A DNA stretch of 64,000 nt from positions 1,920,001 through 1,984,000 of the forward strand of contig CAVZYA010000001.1 of NCBI GenBank assembly GCA_963779415.1, in the 5' to 3' direction. Positions within the stretch are counted from its first letter, which is position 1. Every line of letters starts with the position of its first letter. The DNA comes from an uncultured Acidobacteriota bacterium. GTDB lineage: Bacteria; Acidobacteriota; Thermoanaerobaculia; UBA5066. Made by a program: the position numbers and the translations under genes. Under the pieces are notes generated by a model, which made no database searches, had not been told where the DNA came from, and saw only the letters and a program-made list of their open reading frames with translations. Positions 28,138-38,218 of the stretch are shown one piece after another.

Positions 28138-30710
28138 CCGGCGCGCGCCATCTCTTCGCCCCGCTCGTCCTCCGCCCGGCGCGGAAGGACCGGCTCCGCT
28201 TCGCCCTGACGATCTCCGGAATCGCCGTCGGCGTCGCGACGATGACGGCGATCCGGCTCGCGAACGCGTCGGTCCTCTCCTCCTTCGCCGAGACGGTCGA
28301 CGTCGTGGCCGGACGGGCCTCGATCACGATCCTTCCCGACGGGCCCGGCATCCCCGAGTCGGTCCTCGGCCGCCTCACGTGGCTCGCTCGCGTGCCGGCG
28401 CGCGTCGTCCCCGCGGTCTTTGAGACGGCCGCGGCAGGCGCGGCAGACGGCGAGGCGGTGGAGGTGCTGGGGATCGATCCGGTCTCCGACCCGGAGGCGC
28501 GGGATTACGCCTTCGCGGGGCGGTCCGCCGGGGGGCTCTTCACGATCTTCGGGAAGGACTCCGTTCTCGTGACCGAGGAGTTCGCAAGGCGGAAGGGACT
28601 CTCGCCGGGGGACGTCCTTCCGCTCGTCGCGGGAGGAGTCGAGCGGCGGCTTCGGGTCGCCGCCGTCCTCGCGCGCCGCGGGCCGGCCCGGGCGGCGTCG
28701 GGCTCGATCGTCTTCATGGACATCGCCGCCGCCCAGGAGGCGTTCGGCAAGATCGGCCGCCTCGACCGGATCGACGTCGTCCTCCCCGAGGGGACGCCGG
28801 AGGAGAGGCGCGCGGCGATCGAGGAGGAGATCCGCGCGTCGCTCCCCCCCGGCGTCACGGCCGGGCGCCCGGAGCGCCGGACGGAGACGGTGGACCGGAT
28901 GGTCCGCGCCTTCCGGGTGAACCTCACGGCGCTCGGCCTCATCGCCCTCCTCGTCGGTGTCTACTTCGTCTACAACACCCTTTCCATCTCCGTCCTCCGC
29001 CGCCGGACGGACATCGGGACGGTCCGCGCGCTCGGCGCCTCGGCTCGCGCGGTCCTCGCCGTCTTCCTCGCCGAAGGCGCGGCGCTGGGGATCACGGGGA
29101 GCGCGCTCGGCCTCCTCCTCGGGGTTCTTCTTGCGCGCGTTGCCCTCCTCGCCGTGGGAGGGACGGCGACGGAGCTCTACCTCCCCTCCGCGCATCCACG
29201 CCTCGGCCTCGACGCGGGCGTCCTCGCGACGGCGTTCGGCCTCGGCGTCGCCTCCTCGATCCTCTCGGCCCTCGCCCCGGCGCTCGAAGCCGCGCGGGTC
29301 GCTCCGGCGGCCACGCTCCGCCACGGCTCGGTGGAAGCCGCAAGGCGCCGCGCGGCCCGGCCGCTCGCGCTCGTGGGCACGGGCCTTCTCGTCCTCGCCC
29401 TCCTGGCGACCCGCCCGGGCCCGGTCGGCGGCCTCCCCTTCTTCGGATTCGTCTCGGTCTTCCTCGTCGTGGCCGGCGTCTCCCTCCTCGCCCCGGCCGC
29501 CGTGACATTCACCGCCGCGCGGCTGGACGGCACCGCCGTCCGCCTCTTCGGCGTGACGGCGCGGATCGCCCGCGCGAACCTGACGGGGAGCCTCTCCCGG
29601 ACGGCGGTGGCAGTGGCGGCGCTGACTATGGGGATCGGAATGATGGTCTCGGTCGCCGTCATGGTCGGCTCGTTCCGGTCGACCGTCGCGCGCTGGGTGG
29701 AGCAGACCCTCAAGGCCGACCTCTTCGTCACCCCCGCGAGCGGACGGTCGGGGCCGTCGTTCGGGCGCCTCCCCGAAGAGGCGATCGCCCTCGTCGAGTC
29801 GGTCGGCGGCGTGGCCGACGTCGACCCCTTCCTCGCCTACGCGGCGACGCGCCGCGGCGTCCCGTTCACCGTCGGCTCCGGCCGGTTCGAGGTGCTCGCC
29901 GCGCACGGACGCCTTCCCCTTCTCGATGGACGCGACGTCGGGCGAGTCGCGCTCGAGGCGAAGAAGCGTGGAGAGGCGTTCGTCTCGGAGCCATACGCGG
30001 AAAAGTTCGGGGTCTCCCGGGGAGACGTCGTCGAGATCCCGTCCGACCGCGGCCCCGTCCGTCTCCGCGTCGCCGCGGTGTATGTCGACTACTCGAACGA
30101 CCGGGGGACGATCACGATCGACCGGGACCTCTTCCGGAAGATCTACGGCCTCTCCGGTGCCGTCAGCCTCGCCGTCACGCTCGATCCCCGGCTCGACCCC
30201 GAGGAGGGGCGAAGGCGGCTCCTCGCGGCGGCGGCGGGCCGTTTCGCCCTCCGCGTCCGGACGAACGCCGCGCTGAAACGCGAGGTCCTCCGGATCTTCG
30301 ACCGGACCTTCGCCGTGACCTACGCACTCGAGGGGGTGGCGATCGCGGTCGCCGTCCTCGGGGTCTTCAACACGCTCACGGCCCTCGTCCTCGAGCGGCG
30401 GCGGGAGATCGGCCTCCTCCGGGTCCTCGGGGCGTCGGCCGAAACCGTCCGCCGCGCCGTTCGCTTCGAGGCGCTCGCGATCGGCGCGCTCGGAAGCGTC
30501 CTCGGCCTCGGGTCGGGGGGAGCGATGTCGCTCGTTCTCGTCCACGTCATCAACCGGCAGTCGTTCGGCTGGACGATCTCCGTCCGCTGGCCCGTCGGCT
30601 TTCTCGCCGCGGCGATCGCCCTCGTCCTCGCGACGACCGTCCTTTCCGCTGCGCGCCCCGCCCGACTCGCGGCGGCGACGGATGCCGCGGCGGCGCTGAA
30701 GGAGGAATAG
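28134..30710 (+). CDS. FtsX/MacB-like double-length ABC permease
   Basis: GTG 28134; two MacB_PCD+FtsX halves (YNTLSISVLRRRTDIGTVRALGA; ERRREIGLLRVLGA; INRQSFGWT). Confidence 0.9.
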   Translation: MTGARHLFAPLVLRPARKDRLRFALTISGIAVGVATMTAIRLANASVLSSFAETVDVVAGRASITILPDGPGIPESVLGRLTWLARVPARVVPAVFETAAAGAADGEAVEVLGIDPVSDPEARDYAFAGRSAGGLFTIFGKDSVLVTEEFARRKGLSPGDVLPLVAGGVERRLRVAAVLARRGPARAASGSIVFMDIAAAQEAFGKIGRLDRIDVVLPEGTPEERRAAIEEEIRASLPPGVTAGRPERRTETVDRMVRAFRVNLTALGLIALLVGVYFVYNTLSISVLRRRTDIGTVRALGASARAVLAVFLAEGAALGITGSALGLLLGVLLARVALLAVGGTATELYLPSAHPRLGLDAGVLATAFGLGVASSILSALAPALEAARVAPAATLRHGSVEAARRRAARPLALVGTGLLVLALLATRPGPVGGLPFFGFVSVFLVVAGVSLLAPAAVTFTAARLDGTAVRLFGVTARIARANLTGSLSRTAVAVAALTMGIGMMVSVAVMVGSFRSTVARWVEQTLKADLFVTPASGRSGPSFGRLPEEAIALVESVGGVADVDPFLAYAATRRGVPFTVGSGRFEVLAAHGRLPLLDGRDVGRVALEAKKRGEAFVSEPYAEKFGVSRGDVVEIPSDRGPVRLRVAAVYVDYSNDRGTITIDRDLFRKIYGLSGAVSLAVTLDPRLDPEEGRRRLLAAAAGRFALRVRTNAALKREVLRIFDRTFAVTYALEGVAIAVAVLGVFNTLTALVLERRREIGLLRVLGASAETVRRAVRFEALAIGALGSVLGLGSGGAMSLVLVHVINRQSFGWTISVRWPVGFLAAAIALVLATTVLSAARPARLAAATDAAAALKEE

Positions 30711-30713
30711 AGC

Positions 30714-31808
30714 ATGGTGAAGAAGGCCGGAGCTCTCCTGATTCTCATTTCCGCCGCGGCGCTCTCCGCGGGCTCGCGCTTCCGGACCCCCGACTCCGCG
30801 ACGCCGCTCTCATTCCCGCGCGACCACGGATCTCACGACGACGCCCGTGTCGAGTGGTGGTACGTGACGGGGCACCTCATGACGGACTCGGGTCGACGCC
30901 TCGGGTATCAGCTCACGTTCTTCCGGACCGGCCTCCTCGACGAGCCTCGCGCGGAACGAACCTCGCGACTCGCTGCCCGCGACCTCTTCCTCGCCCACTT
31001 CGCCCTGACGGACGTCTCCGCCGGGACGTTCCGCTTCGCCGAACGGATCCACAGGTCGGGCCTCGGCGCCGCGGAGGCGCGCGAGGACCGCCTCGCCGTC
31101 GTGAACGAAGAGTGGTCGCTCGAGGAGATCGCCGGCCGCTTTCTCCTTCATGCCCGGGACGGGGACGACGGGATCTCGCTTCTCCTCGAACCGGAAAAGC
31201 CCCTCGTCCGTCACGGGACGAACGGGCTCTCCCGAAAAGGGGCCGAGCCGGAGGCCGTCAGCCGCTACGTCAGCTTCACCCGCCTCCGGACCTCCGGCTG
31301 GCTCTCCCGCGGCGACCGGAGCGAGGCGGTCACGGGCTCGTCCTGGCTCGACCACGAATGGGGCTCCGGCTCGATCGGAAAGGGCGCTCCCGGATGGGAC
31401 TGGTTCGCGATCCAGCTCGCGGACGGGCGCGACCTGATGCTCTACCGGATCCGGGCGAAGGAGGGGGCCGGATCGCCTTTCTCCTCCGGGACGCTCATCG
31501 GAAAGAACGGCACGCCTCGCGCCCTCTCCCCGGACGACTTCTCGATCGAGGCCACCGCGACCTGGAAGAGCCCGAGAAGCGGAGGCGTCTATCCCGCGCG
31601 CTGGAGGATCCGGGTGCCCGGAGCCGCTCTCGACCTCGACGTCGTCCCGCTCGTCTCCGACCAGGAGCTGGTCACCGAGAAGTCGACGCGGGTCACTTAC
31701 TGGGAAGGGGCGTGCGCCGTCTCGTCACCGGAGGGACGGCTTTCGGGACGCGCCTACGTCGAGCTGACGGGCTATGCAGGCGAAGGAGCGCTCGGGCTCT
31801 TTCGCTAG
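30714..31808 (+). CDS. AttH/CrtC-like lipocalin-domain secreted protein
   Basis: FPRDHGSH, EWWYVTGHL, GYQLTFFR, WLDHEW, GWDWF, YPARW, DQEL, YWEG, YVELTGY. Confidence 0.9.
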   Translation: MVKKAGALLILISAAALSAGSRFRTPDSATPLSFPRDHGSHDDARVEWWYVTGHLMTDSGRRLGYQLTFFRTGLLDEPRAERTSRLAARDLFLAHFALTDVSAGTFRFAERIHRSGLGAAEAREDRLAVVNEEWSLEEIAGRFLLHARDGDDGISLLLEPEKPLVRHGTNGLSRKGAEPEAVSRYVSFTRLRTSGWLSRGDRSEAVTGSSWLDHEWGSGSIGKGAPGWDWFAIQLADGRDLMLYRIRAKEGAGSPFSSGTLIGKNGTPRALSPDDFSIEATATWKSPRSGGVYPARWRIRVPGAALDLDVVPLVSDQELVTEKSTRVTYWEGACAVSSPEGRLSGRAYVELTGYAGEGALGLFR

Positions 31809-31818
31809 ACTGCGCGGC

Positions 31819-34032
31819 ATGCGCCGCCATGCCGTTGCAGCCCTCGCCCTACTCCTCCTCGCCGCTTCGCCCGCGCTCGCGGACGAGACCCCGAAGAAGC
31901 GCCCGAAGATCGGCATCGCTTTCGCCGGCGGCGGGGCTCGCGGCGGGGCGCACGTCGGGGTCCTGAAGGTCCTCGAGGAGCTGCGGATCCCGGTCGACTA
32001 CGTCGCGGGGACGAGCATCGGCTCCATCATCGCCGGCCTCTATGCCACCGGCCTTTCTCCCGACGAGATGGAGAAGATCCTCAAGGAGACCGACTGGGAC
32101 GCCGCCCTCGAGGACGACCCGTCGCGGAAGGAGATCTCGTACCGGCGGAAGGAGGACGACGACCTCTATCTCATCAAGGCCGAGCTCGGGTTCTCGCACG
32201 GGAAGATGGTCCTTCCGACGGGCCTCCTCGCGGGAGAGAAGCTGGGCATCCTCCTCCGGAAGTTCACCCTCCCCTTCAGCGAGGTGCGCGACTTCGATGC
32301 TTTTCCGATCCCGTACCGCGCCGTGGCGGCCGACCTCGCGACGGGAGACCCTGTCGTCCTCTCGAAGGGAGACATCGCCCGTTGCATGCGGGCGAGCATG
32401 GCGATCGCGGGCTTCTTCAGCCCCGTGGAGCTGGACGGGAAGCTCCTGACGGACGGCGGCGCGGCCCGGAACCTCCCGGTCGACGTCGTCCGCGCGATGG
32501 GAGCCGACATCGTCATCGCGATCGACATCTCGACCCCGCTCGAGCCGCAAGACAAGCTGACGAATCTCTTCGCGATCACGAACCAGACGATCGGCTTCCT
32601 GACGCGCCTGAACGTCCTCCGGTCGATCGAGACGCTCGGGCCCCGCGACGTCCTGATCACGCCGAACCTCGAAGGGATCGGCACGACGAACTTCGACCAG
32701 TTCCCCCTCGCGATCCCGCGCGGCACCGAGGCGGCCGAGAAGGCCTCCGACGCCCTCCGGGCCCTTTCCGTCTCCGAGGAGGAGTACGCCCTTTTCCTGA
32801 AGAAGCAGCGCTACCCGCACCCGACCCCGAACGTCGACGCCGTGAAGGTCCGTCCGATTCCCGGAGTCGACCCGCGCGTCGTGGAGGCCCGCGTCGACTA
32901 CACGAAGAAGGGGCCCGTCGACTGGAACGAGGTCGACCGGACGCTCGGGAACATCTACGAGCTGAACGATTTTTCGACGGTCGACTTCCGGATCATCCCG
33001 GTCGACGGCGTCTCGACGCTCGTCATCGAGCCGCGCCCGAAGGTCCCGGCGCCGACCCGCGTGAGGTTCGGCCTCCTTCTGAACACGGACTTCTCCGGTT
33101 CGAGCGCCTTCGCCCTCCGGGCCAGCGTCAACAAGACGCAGATGAACACCCTCCGCGGCGAATGGAAGACGCAGATCGAAATCGGGCTCTCGGACTACCT
33201 GACGACGCAGTGGTACCAGCCGCTCGACTATGCCGGGCGCTTCTTCGTCATGCCCTCCACCGGGATCCAGCGCCAGCCCTTCAACCTCTTCGTCGACCAG
33301 ACCGCCATCGGCCGCTATCTCGTCGACGACGTCTTCGTCGGATTCCAGGGAGGGATCTCCTTCGGCCCGATCGGCCAGCTCGCCGTCGGCCTCCAGAGGG
33401 ACTGGTACAAGTACAAGGAGAACATCTCGGCCTTCCCGGTTCCCGATTCCACCCAGAACCAGACGGCCTTCGTCGCCGAGCTCAACCTCGACCAGGTCGA
33501 CAGCGTGGCCTTCCCGCGCTCGGGCTGGCTGGCGAACGCACAGTTCATCTCGGCCGGCAGCGCCCTCGGGGGGGACTGGTCGTTCAACAGGCTCAACGCT
33601 CGAGGTGGCTGGGCGAAGAGCCTTTCGGAGTGGACGTTCGTTCTCTCCGCCAACGGCACCACCAAGATCGGCAAGAACAACCTCCCCTTCGTCGAGGCCG
33701 GATTTCTCGGCGGCTTCCTGAACCTGTCCGGCCTTCAGCCGCTCCAGCTCTGGGGAAATTACGCGGCGATTGGCCGGATCGTCGTTTACAAGCGTCTGAT
33801 CAGGCTTCCGTCGCTCGTTGGCTCGGGCGTCTTCGTCGGAGGATCGCTCGAGTCCGGAAACGCCTGGCTGACGTCGAGCGACATCCGCTGGGACAACCTC
33901 CGGTATGCGGGAAGCCTCTTCCTCGGCGCCGACACGTTTCTCGGCCCGCTCTATTTCTCCTACGGCATGGCCGACGGAGGAGACCACAGCTTCTATCTCG
34001 CGCTGGGTCTCCCGCTGGCGGTCTCCAGGTAA
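31819..34032 (+). CDS. Patatin-like phospholipase with POTRA and Omp85-type barrel (PlpD-like)
   Basis: Signal peptide; GGGARG, GTSIG, ASMA, DGG patatin motifs; C-terminal barrel ending GADTFLGPLYFSYG...FYLALG. Confidence 0.88.
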   Translation: MRRHAVAALALLLLAASPALADETPKKRPKIGIAFAGGGARGGAHVGVLKVLEELRIPVDYVAGTSIGSIIAGLYATGLSPDEMEKILKETDWDAALEDDPSRKEISYRRKEDDDLYLIKAELGFSHGKMVLPTGLLAGEKLGILLRKFTLPFSEVRDFDAFPIPYRAVAADLATGDPVVLSKGDIARCMRASMAIAGFFSPVELDGKLLTDGGAARNLPVDVVRAMGADIVIAIDISTPLEPQDKLTNLFAITNQTIGFLTRLNVLRSIETLGPRDVLITPNLEGIGTTNFDQFPLAIPRGTEAAEKASDALRALSVSEEEYALFLKKQRYPHPTPNVDAVKVRPIPGVDPRVVEARVDYTKKGPVDWNEVDRTLGNIYELNDFSTVDFRIIPVDGVSTLVIEPRPKVPAPTRVRFGLLLNTDFSGSSAFALRASVNKTQMNTLRGEWKTQIEIGLSDYLTTQWYQPLDYAGRFFVMPSTGIQRQPFNLFVDQTAIGRYLVDDVFVGFQGGISFGPIGQLAVGLQRDWYKYKENISAFPVPDSTQNQTAFVAELNLDQVDSVAFPRSGWLANAQFISAGSALGGDWSFNRLNARGGWAKSLSEWTFVLSANGTTKIGKNNLPFVEAGFLGGFLNLSGLQPLQLWGNYAAIGRIVVYKRLIRLPSLVGSGVFVGGSLESGNAWLTSSDIRWDNLRYAGSLFLGADTFLGPLYFSYGMADGGDHSFYLALGLPLAVSR

Positions 34033-34053
34033 TCCGGCGCTCCCTCGAGCCGG

Positions 34054-35565
34054 CTACTGGCTGCGCAGGCGGCTCTGCCGGATTCCGTAGACGAAGTAGA
34101 GGACGAGGCCGACGAGGAGCCAGAGGCCAAAGCGGATCCAGGTGATCCCCGGCAGCCCCTGCATCAGGAAGAGGCACATCAGGATCCCGAGGACCGGCGT
34201 CACCGGCGAGAACGGGACGCGGAACTTCCGCGGCCTCTCCGGCTCCCTCACCCTCAGGACGAGGATGCCGATCGCGACGAGAATGAAGGCGAAGAGCGTC
34301 CCGATGTTCGTCAGCTGGACGATCTCGTCGATGTTCGCGATGGCGGCGAAGAAAGCGACGAAGACCCCCGTCAGGATCGTCGTGACGTGCGGTGTCCGGT
34401 AGCGCGGATGGATCTTCGAGAACCAGGGGGAAAGGAGGCCGTCGCGCGACATCGCCATCAGGATTCGCGGCTGTCCGAGCTGGAAAACGAGGAGGACCGA
34501 CGTCATCGCGACGACGGCTCCGAAGGCGAGGAGACCCGCCGCCCAGTCCTGGTGGACGAAGGCGAACGCCGCCGCGAGGGGGTCGGCCACGCCGACGAGC
34601 TTCCCGAAGGGGATCATCCCGGTCAGGACGAGCGCGGCGGCGACATAGAGGACCGTGCAGACGCCGAGCGACGCGAGGATGCCGCGCGGCATGTCGCGGC
34701 CCGGGTCTCGGCATTCCTCGGCGGCGGTCGAGACCGCGTCGAATCCGATGTAGGCGAAGAAGATCAGCGACGCTCCGGTCCAGACGCCGTGGAAGCCCCC
34801 CGGAAAAAACGGCCTCCAGTGGGCGGGCTTCACCCAGAAGGCGCCGACGGTGATGAAGAAGAGGAGCGTCGCCAGCTTGAGGACGACGACGACGTTGTTG
34901 AAGCGCGCCGACTCCTTCACGCCGATGACGAGGATCCAGGTGATGAACGCCGTGATGCCGACGGCGAGGAGGTTGAAGACGACGGGGACCCCGCCAATGG
35001 TCGGGTGGGAGAGGTGCGCCTGGTAGGCGAGCGCGGACTCGGGTGACAGTGAGGCCACGCCCGATTCGGCGACGGCCTTCGCGGCGAAGATCGTGGAGCG
35101 ATAGTCGGTCGCGAGCCAGGGCGGAATCTGGAGTCCGAAGCCCGCGACGAGCTGGCGGAAGTAGGCCGCCCACGAGATCGCCACCGCGATGTTTCCGACC
35201 GCGTACTCGAGGATGAGGTCCCAGCCGATGATCCAGGCCACGAGCTCGCCGAGCGTCGCGTAGCTGTATGTGTACGCCGATCCCGCGACCGGGACGAGGC
35301 TCGCGAACTCCGCGTAGCAGAGGGCGCAGAAGCCGCAGGCGACCGCCGTCAGAAGGATCGACACGACGACGCCGGGGCCGGCCGGTGGCTGGCCCGTCCC
35401 GCCGGAGGTGGCGCTTCCGAGCGTCGCGAAGATCCCCGCGCCGATGATGGCGCCGATGCCGAGGGCCGTCAGGTCGACCCAGGTGAGGGTCTTCCGGAGG
35501 CCGTGCTCCTCGTCGCCCCCCTCGGCGATCAGGATGTCCAGCGGCTTTCGCCGGAAGAGCGACAT
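34054..35565 (-). CDS. Amino acid permease (APC superfamily)
   Basis: LGIGAIIGAGIF, CYAEFAS, GSAYTY, FAYIGFDAVS, GQPRILMAMSRDGLL. Confidence 0.93.
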   Translation of the reverse strand: MSLFRRKPLDILIAEGGDEEHGLRKTLTWVDLTALGIGAIIGAGIFATLGSATSGGTGQPPAGPGVVVSILLTAVACGFCALCYAEFASLVPVAGSAYTYSYATLGELVAWIIGWDLILEYAVGNIAVAISWAAYFRQLVAGFGLQIPPWLATDYRSTIFAAKAVAESGVASLSPESALAYQAHLSHPTIGGVPVVFNLLAVGITAFITWILVIGVKESARFNNVVVVLKLATLLFFITVGAFWVKPAHWRPFFPGGFHGVWTGASLIFFAYIGFDAVSTAAEECRDPGRDMPRGILASLGVCTVLYVAAALVLTGMIPFGKLVGVADPLAAAFAFVHQDWAAGLLAFGAVVAMTSVLLVFQLGQPRILMAMSRDGLLSPWFSKIHPRYRTPHVTTILTGVFVAFFAAIANIDEIVQLTNIGTLFAFILVAIGILVLRVREPERPRKFRVPFSPVTPVLGILMCLFLMQGLPGITWIRFGLWLLVGLVLYFVYGIRQSRLRSQ

Positions 35566-35598
35566 GCGGAGCCTCCTCGTCCCGGAACCGGCCGGAGT

Positions 35599-36336
35599 CT
35601 AGCGGCTCGCGCCCGGCATCGCTCTTCCGCCCGGAAGGACCCGATCGAGGACGCCGTCGAGCGAGGAGACGGACTCGATCCCCGCGGGAGCCCGACCCGA
35701 CCGGTCGACGAGAAGCGCTCGGAGCCCGGCCCCGCGGGCGCCGTGATAGTCGTCGTGGAGCGAATCGCCGACGTGCAGGGCCTCGGCATGGTCGACGCCC
35801 GCGAGCCGGACCGCCTCGTCGAAGATGGCGCGCCCCGGCTTGCTCGCTCCGAAGAGCGCCGAGACGAGGATGCCGTCGAAATACGGCGTGAGCCCCAGCT
35901 CCGCGAGGAGGGGGGGAAGGGAGGAATCCCAGTTGCTGACGACGAGGAGCCGGACCCCGCCGGAGCGGAGCGCCGAAAGGACGCCGGGCACCTCCGCGTA
36001 AACGCGCCAGTGGGCGGCACTCCTGAAGTGACGGACGAGGCCCGCAAGCAGGTCGTCCGGGAGAACGCCGCCCCCCGCACGCTCGAAGACCTCGGCCACG
36101 AACCGGCGCCAGAAATGCGATTCGCCCCCGCCGATCGACCACCCCTCCTCGCCGCGCGCACGCCGCGCCGCCACGTCCCGCCAGGTCTCGAGGACGGCTT
36201 CCTCCACGGTCTCCTCCGATGCCGAGACCCCCCAGGCCGCGAAGGTGTCCCGGTAGACCGAGACGACCGGCGGGTCGGCCTCGAGGAGCGTCTGTCCCGC
36301 GTCGAAGAAGACGGCCCGGACCCCGGAACCGTTCAG
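35599..36336 (-). CDS. HAD-IA family hydrolase; probable CTG start
   Basis: VFFDAGQTL, VVSNWD, SKP, HVGDSLHDDY motifs; no ATG/GTG/TTG between the SDR stop and motif I; CTG 36336 overlaps the SDR stop. Confidence 0.85.
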   Translation of the reverse strand: MNGSGVRAVFFDAGQTLLEADPPVVSVYRDTFAAWGVSASEETVEEAVLETWRDVAARRARGEEGWSIGGGESHFWRRFVAEVFERAGGGVLPDDLLAGLVRHFRSAAHWRVYAEVPGVLSALRSGGVRLLVVSNWDSSLPPLLAELGLTPYFDGILVSALFGASKPGRAIFDEAVRLAGVDHAEALHVGDSLHDDYHGARGAGLRALLVDRSGRAPAGIESVSSLDGVLDRVLPGGRAMPGASR

Positions 36337-37112
36337 GGCATCACCTGCCCGCCGTCGATGACGATCGCCTGACCGGTCACGTTCCGTGCGTCGTCCGAGG
36401 CGAGATAGGCGACGAGGGCGGCGATCTCCTCCGGCGCGAGGACCTCCCCGAGGGGCGCCATCTTCCCGGCCATGGCGAAAGCCTCCTCCTCGTTGACGCC
36501 CGCCTGCTTGCCGAATCCGCGGATCCCGTGACGCCCCATTTCCGTGTCGACCCAGCCGGGGCAGACGGCGTTCACCGTGATCTTCCGCGGCGCCAGCTCC
36601 AGCGCCAATGCCCGCGTCAGGCCGACGACGCCATGCTTCGATGCGCAGTAGGCGCCGTTCAGGGCCACGCCGAACCGTCCCGTGACGGACGAGAGGTTCA
36701 CGATCCGCCCGCCGTCGGCCAGAAACGGGAACGCCGCGCGGCAGACGCGCCACGTCCCCGTCAGGTTTACCTCGAGGAGCCGCGCCCACCCTTCGTCGGA
36801 GCGTGCATCGCCGCCGAGCGGCGTGATTCCCCCGATCCCGGCGTTGTTGACGAGCAGATCGAGTCGGCGGCTCGGTCGGGCGGCGCGCTCGACGCCCGTC
36901 GCCACCGAAGCGGGATCGGTCACGTCGAGAAGGACGGCGATTCCGTCGCCTCCCGCAGCTCTTATCGCGGCCAGGACCTCTTCCCCGTCCTCTTCCCGCC
37001 GGACGCCGGCGGCGACGTGGGCTCCTTCAGTCGCGAGGCGGACCGCGATGGCGAGACCGATCCCGCGCGAGGCGCCGGTGACCAGGGCGTTCTTGCCGGA
37101 GAGAGATTTCAT
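36333..37112 (-). CDS. SDR family NAD(P)-dependent oxidoreductase
   Basis: TGASRGIG, NNAG, YCASK, VCPGWVDT. Confidence 0.93.
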   Translation of the reverse strand: MKSLSGKNALVTGASRGIGLAIAVRLATEGAHVAAGVRREEDGEEVLAAIRAAGGDGIAVLLDVTDPASVATGVERAARPSRRLDLLVNNAGIGGITPLGGDARSDEGWARLLEVNLTGTWRVCRAAFPFLADGGRIVNLSSVTGRFGVALNGAYCASKHGVVGLTRALALELAPRKITVNAVCPGWVDTEMGRHGIRGFGKQAGVNEEEAFAMAGKMAPLGEVLAPEEIAALVAYLASDDARNVTGQAIVIDGGQVMP

Positions 37113-37174
37113 CGTTCCGTCCCTTCGCCGGCGGATTCTATGAGCGCCGGCACCGGGGCCGGTAAGATTTGGCC

Positions 37175-37417
37175 ATGCGCGTCGACATCCTTCTCTTCGC
37201 GTCTCTCAAGGACGAGGTCGGGCCCGCCTTCGCCGTCGAGGTCGGAGAGCCCGCCACCGTCGCCGACCTCCGGCTCGCCCTCGAGGCTGCGCACCCCGCC
37301 TTCGCCCGCTTCGGCCGCCGAGCCATGGTCGCCGTCAACGAGGCCTACGCTCGCGAAGACGATCCCGTCCGGCCGGGAGATGCCGTGGCTCTTCTCCCTC
37401 CCGTGGCGGGCGGCTGA
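37175..37417 (+). CDS. moaD: Molybdopterin synthase sulfur carrier subunit
   Basis: ILLFASLKD, VAVNEAY, LLPPVAGG C-terminus; ATG 37175 lies 6 nt after TAAGAT. Confidence 0.9.
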   Translation: MRVDILLFASLKDEVGPAFAVEVGEPATVADLRLALEAAHPAFARFGRRAMVAVNEAYAREDDPVRPGDAVALLPPVAGG

Positions 37418-37419
37418 GT

Positions 37420-38181
37420 TCAGGCCAGCTTCAGATCCTCGGCCAGGAGCGCGTAGTCGACGGCGCCGCGCGAGGTCGGATCCCATTCGAAGACGGTCTT
37501 CCCGGCGGAGGGAGCCTCCGCGAGGTCGACGTTGATCCGGATCGGGCTCAGGATCCGCGTGAAACGCCCGCGCAGCGTCTCGAGAAGCATCTCGGAGACG
37601 GCGACGCGAAGGTCGTGAAACGTCGGGAGGACCCCCGCGATCTTCAGGGGCCGGCCGCGGTCCTCCCCCTGTTTGCGGGCGAAGACGCTCGTCCGCTCCA
37701 GCGCGGGGAGCGAGAGATAGTCGAGCTTCGCCGGGAGGATCAGCTCGTCAGCCGCCCGTAAGGCGTTCTGGAGGAGAAGCGAGGCAGCCGGCGGAGAATC
37801 GAAGAGGATGACGTCGTAGCCGAAGGTCTTCTCGTCCGAGAGCCGCTTCGCAAGCCGGTTCCTCCTCTTCTCCTTCCCCTTCTCGTGCAGCGTCTCCTCG
37901 GCTTCGAGGAGCCCGTCCCCGGACGTCACGACGTGGAGATTCTCGCGGCCGGAGTCGAGAATAACCTCCTCGAAGGACGCGTCGCCGAGGATCCACGCAT
38001 CGAGCCCCTTCTTCGCGTCGAGACCCAGGGACGTCGCGACGCCCCCCTGCGGGTCGACGTCGACGAGAAGCGTCCGACGGCCGGCTCTCGCGGCCGCGGC
38101 CGCGAGATTCACGGCCGTCGTCGTCTTTCCGACGCCCCCCTTGAGCGCCGTCACGGCGATGACCCGACGTCCCCGCCCCAT
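37420..38181 (-). CDS. Orphan ParA/Soj family ATPase
   Basis: KGGVGKTTTAVNLA, DVDPQG, DSPP, LAEAPSAG; no parB adjacent. Confidence 0.9.
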   Translation of the reverse strand: MGRGRRVIAVTALKGGVGKTTTAVNLAAAAARAGRRTLLVDVDPQGGVATSLGLDAKKGLDAWILGDASFEEVILDSGRENLHVVTSGDGLLEAEETLHEKGKEKRRNRLAKRLSDEKTFGYDVILFDSPPAASLLLQNALRAADELILPAKLDYLSLPALERTSVFARKQGEDRGRPLKIAGVLPTFHDLRVAVSEMLLETLRGRFTRILSPIRINVDLAEAPSAGKTVFEWDPTSRGAVDYALLAEDLKLA

Positions 38182-38218
38182 CGCGACTCCTCCGGCGGAG
38201 CGGTCTTATCATGGATTC

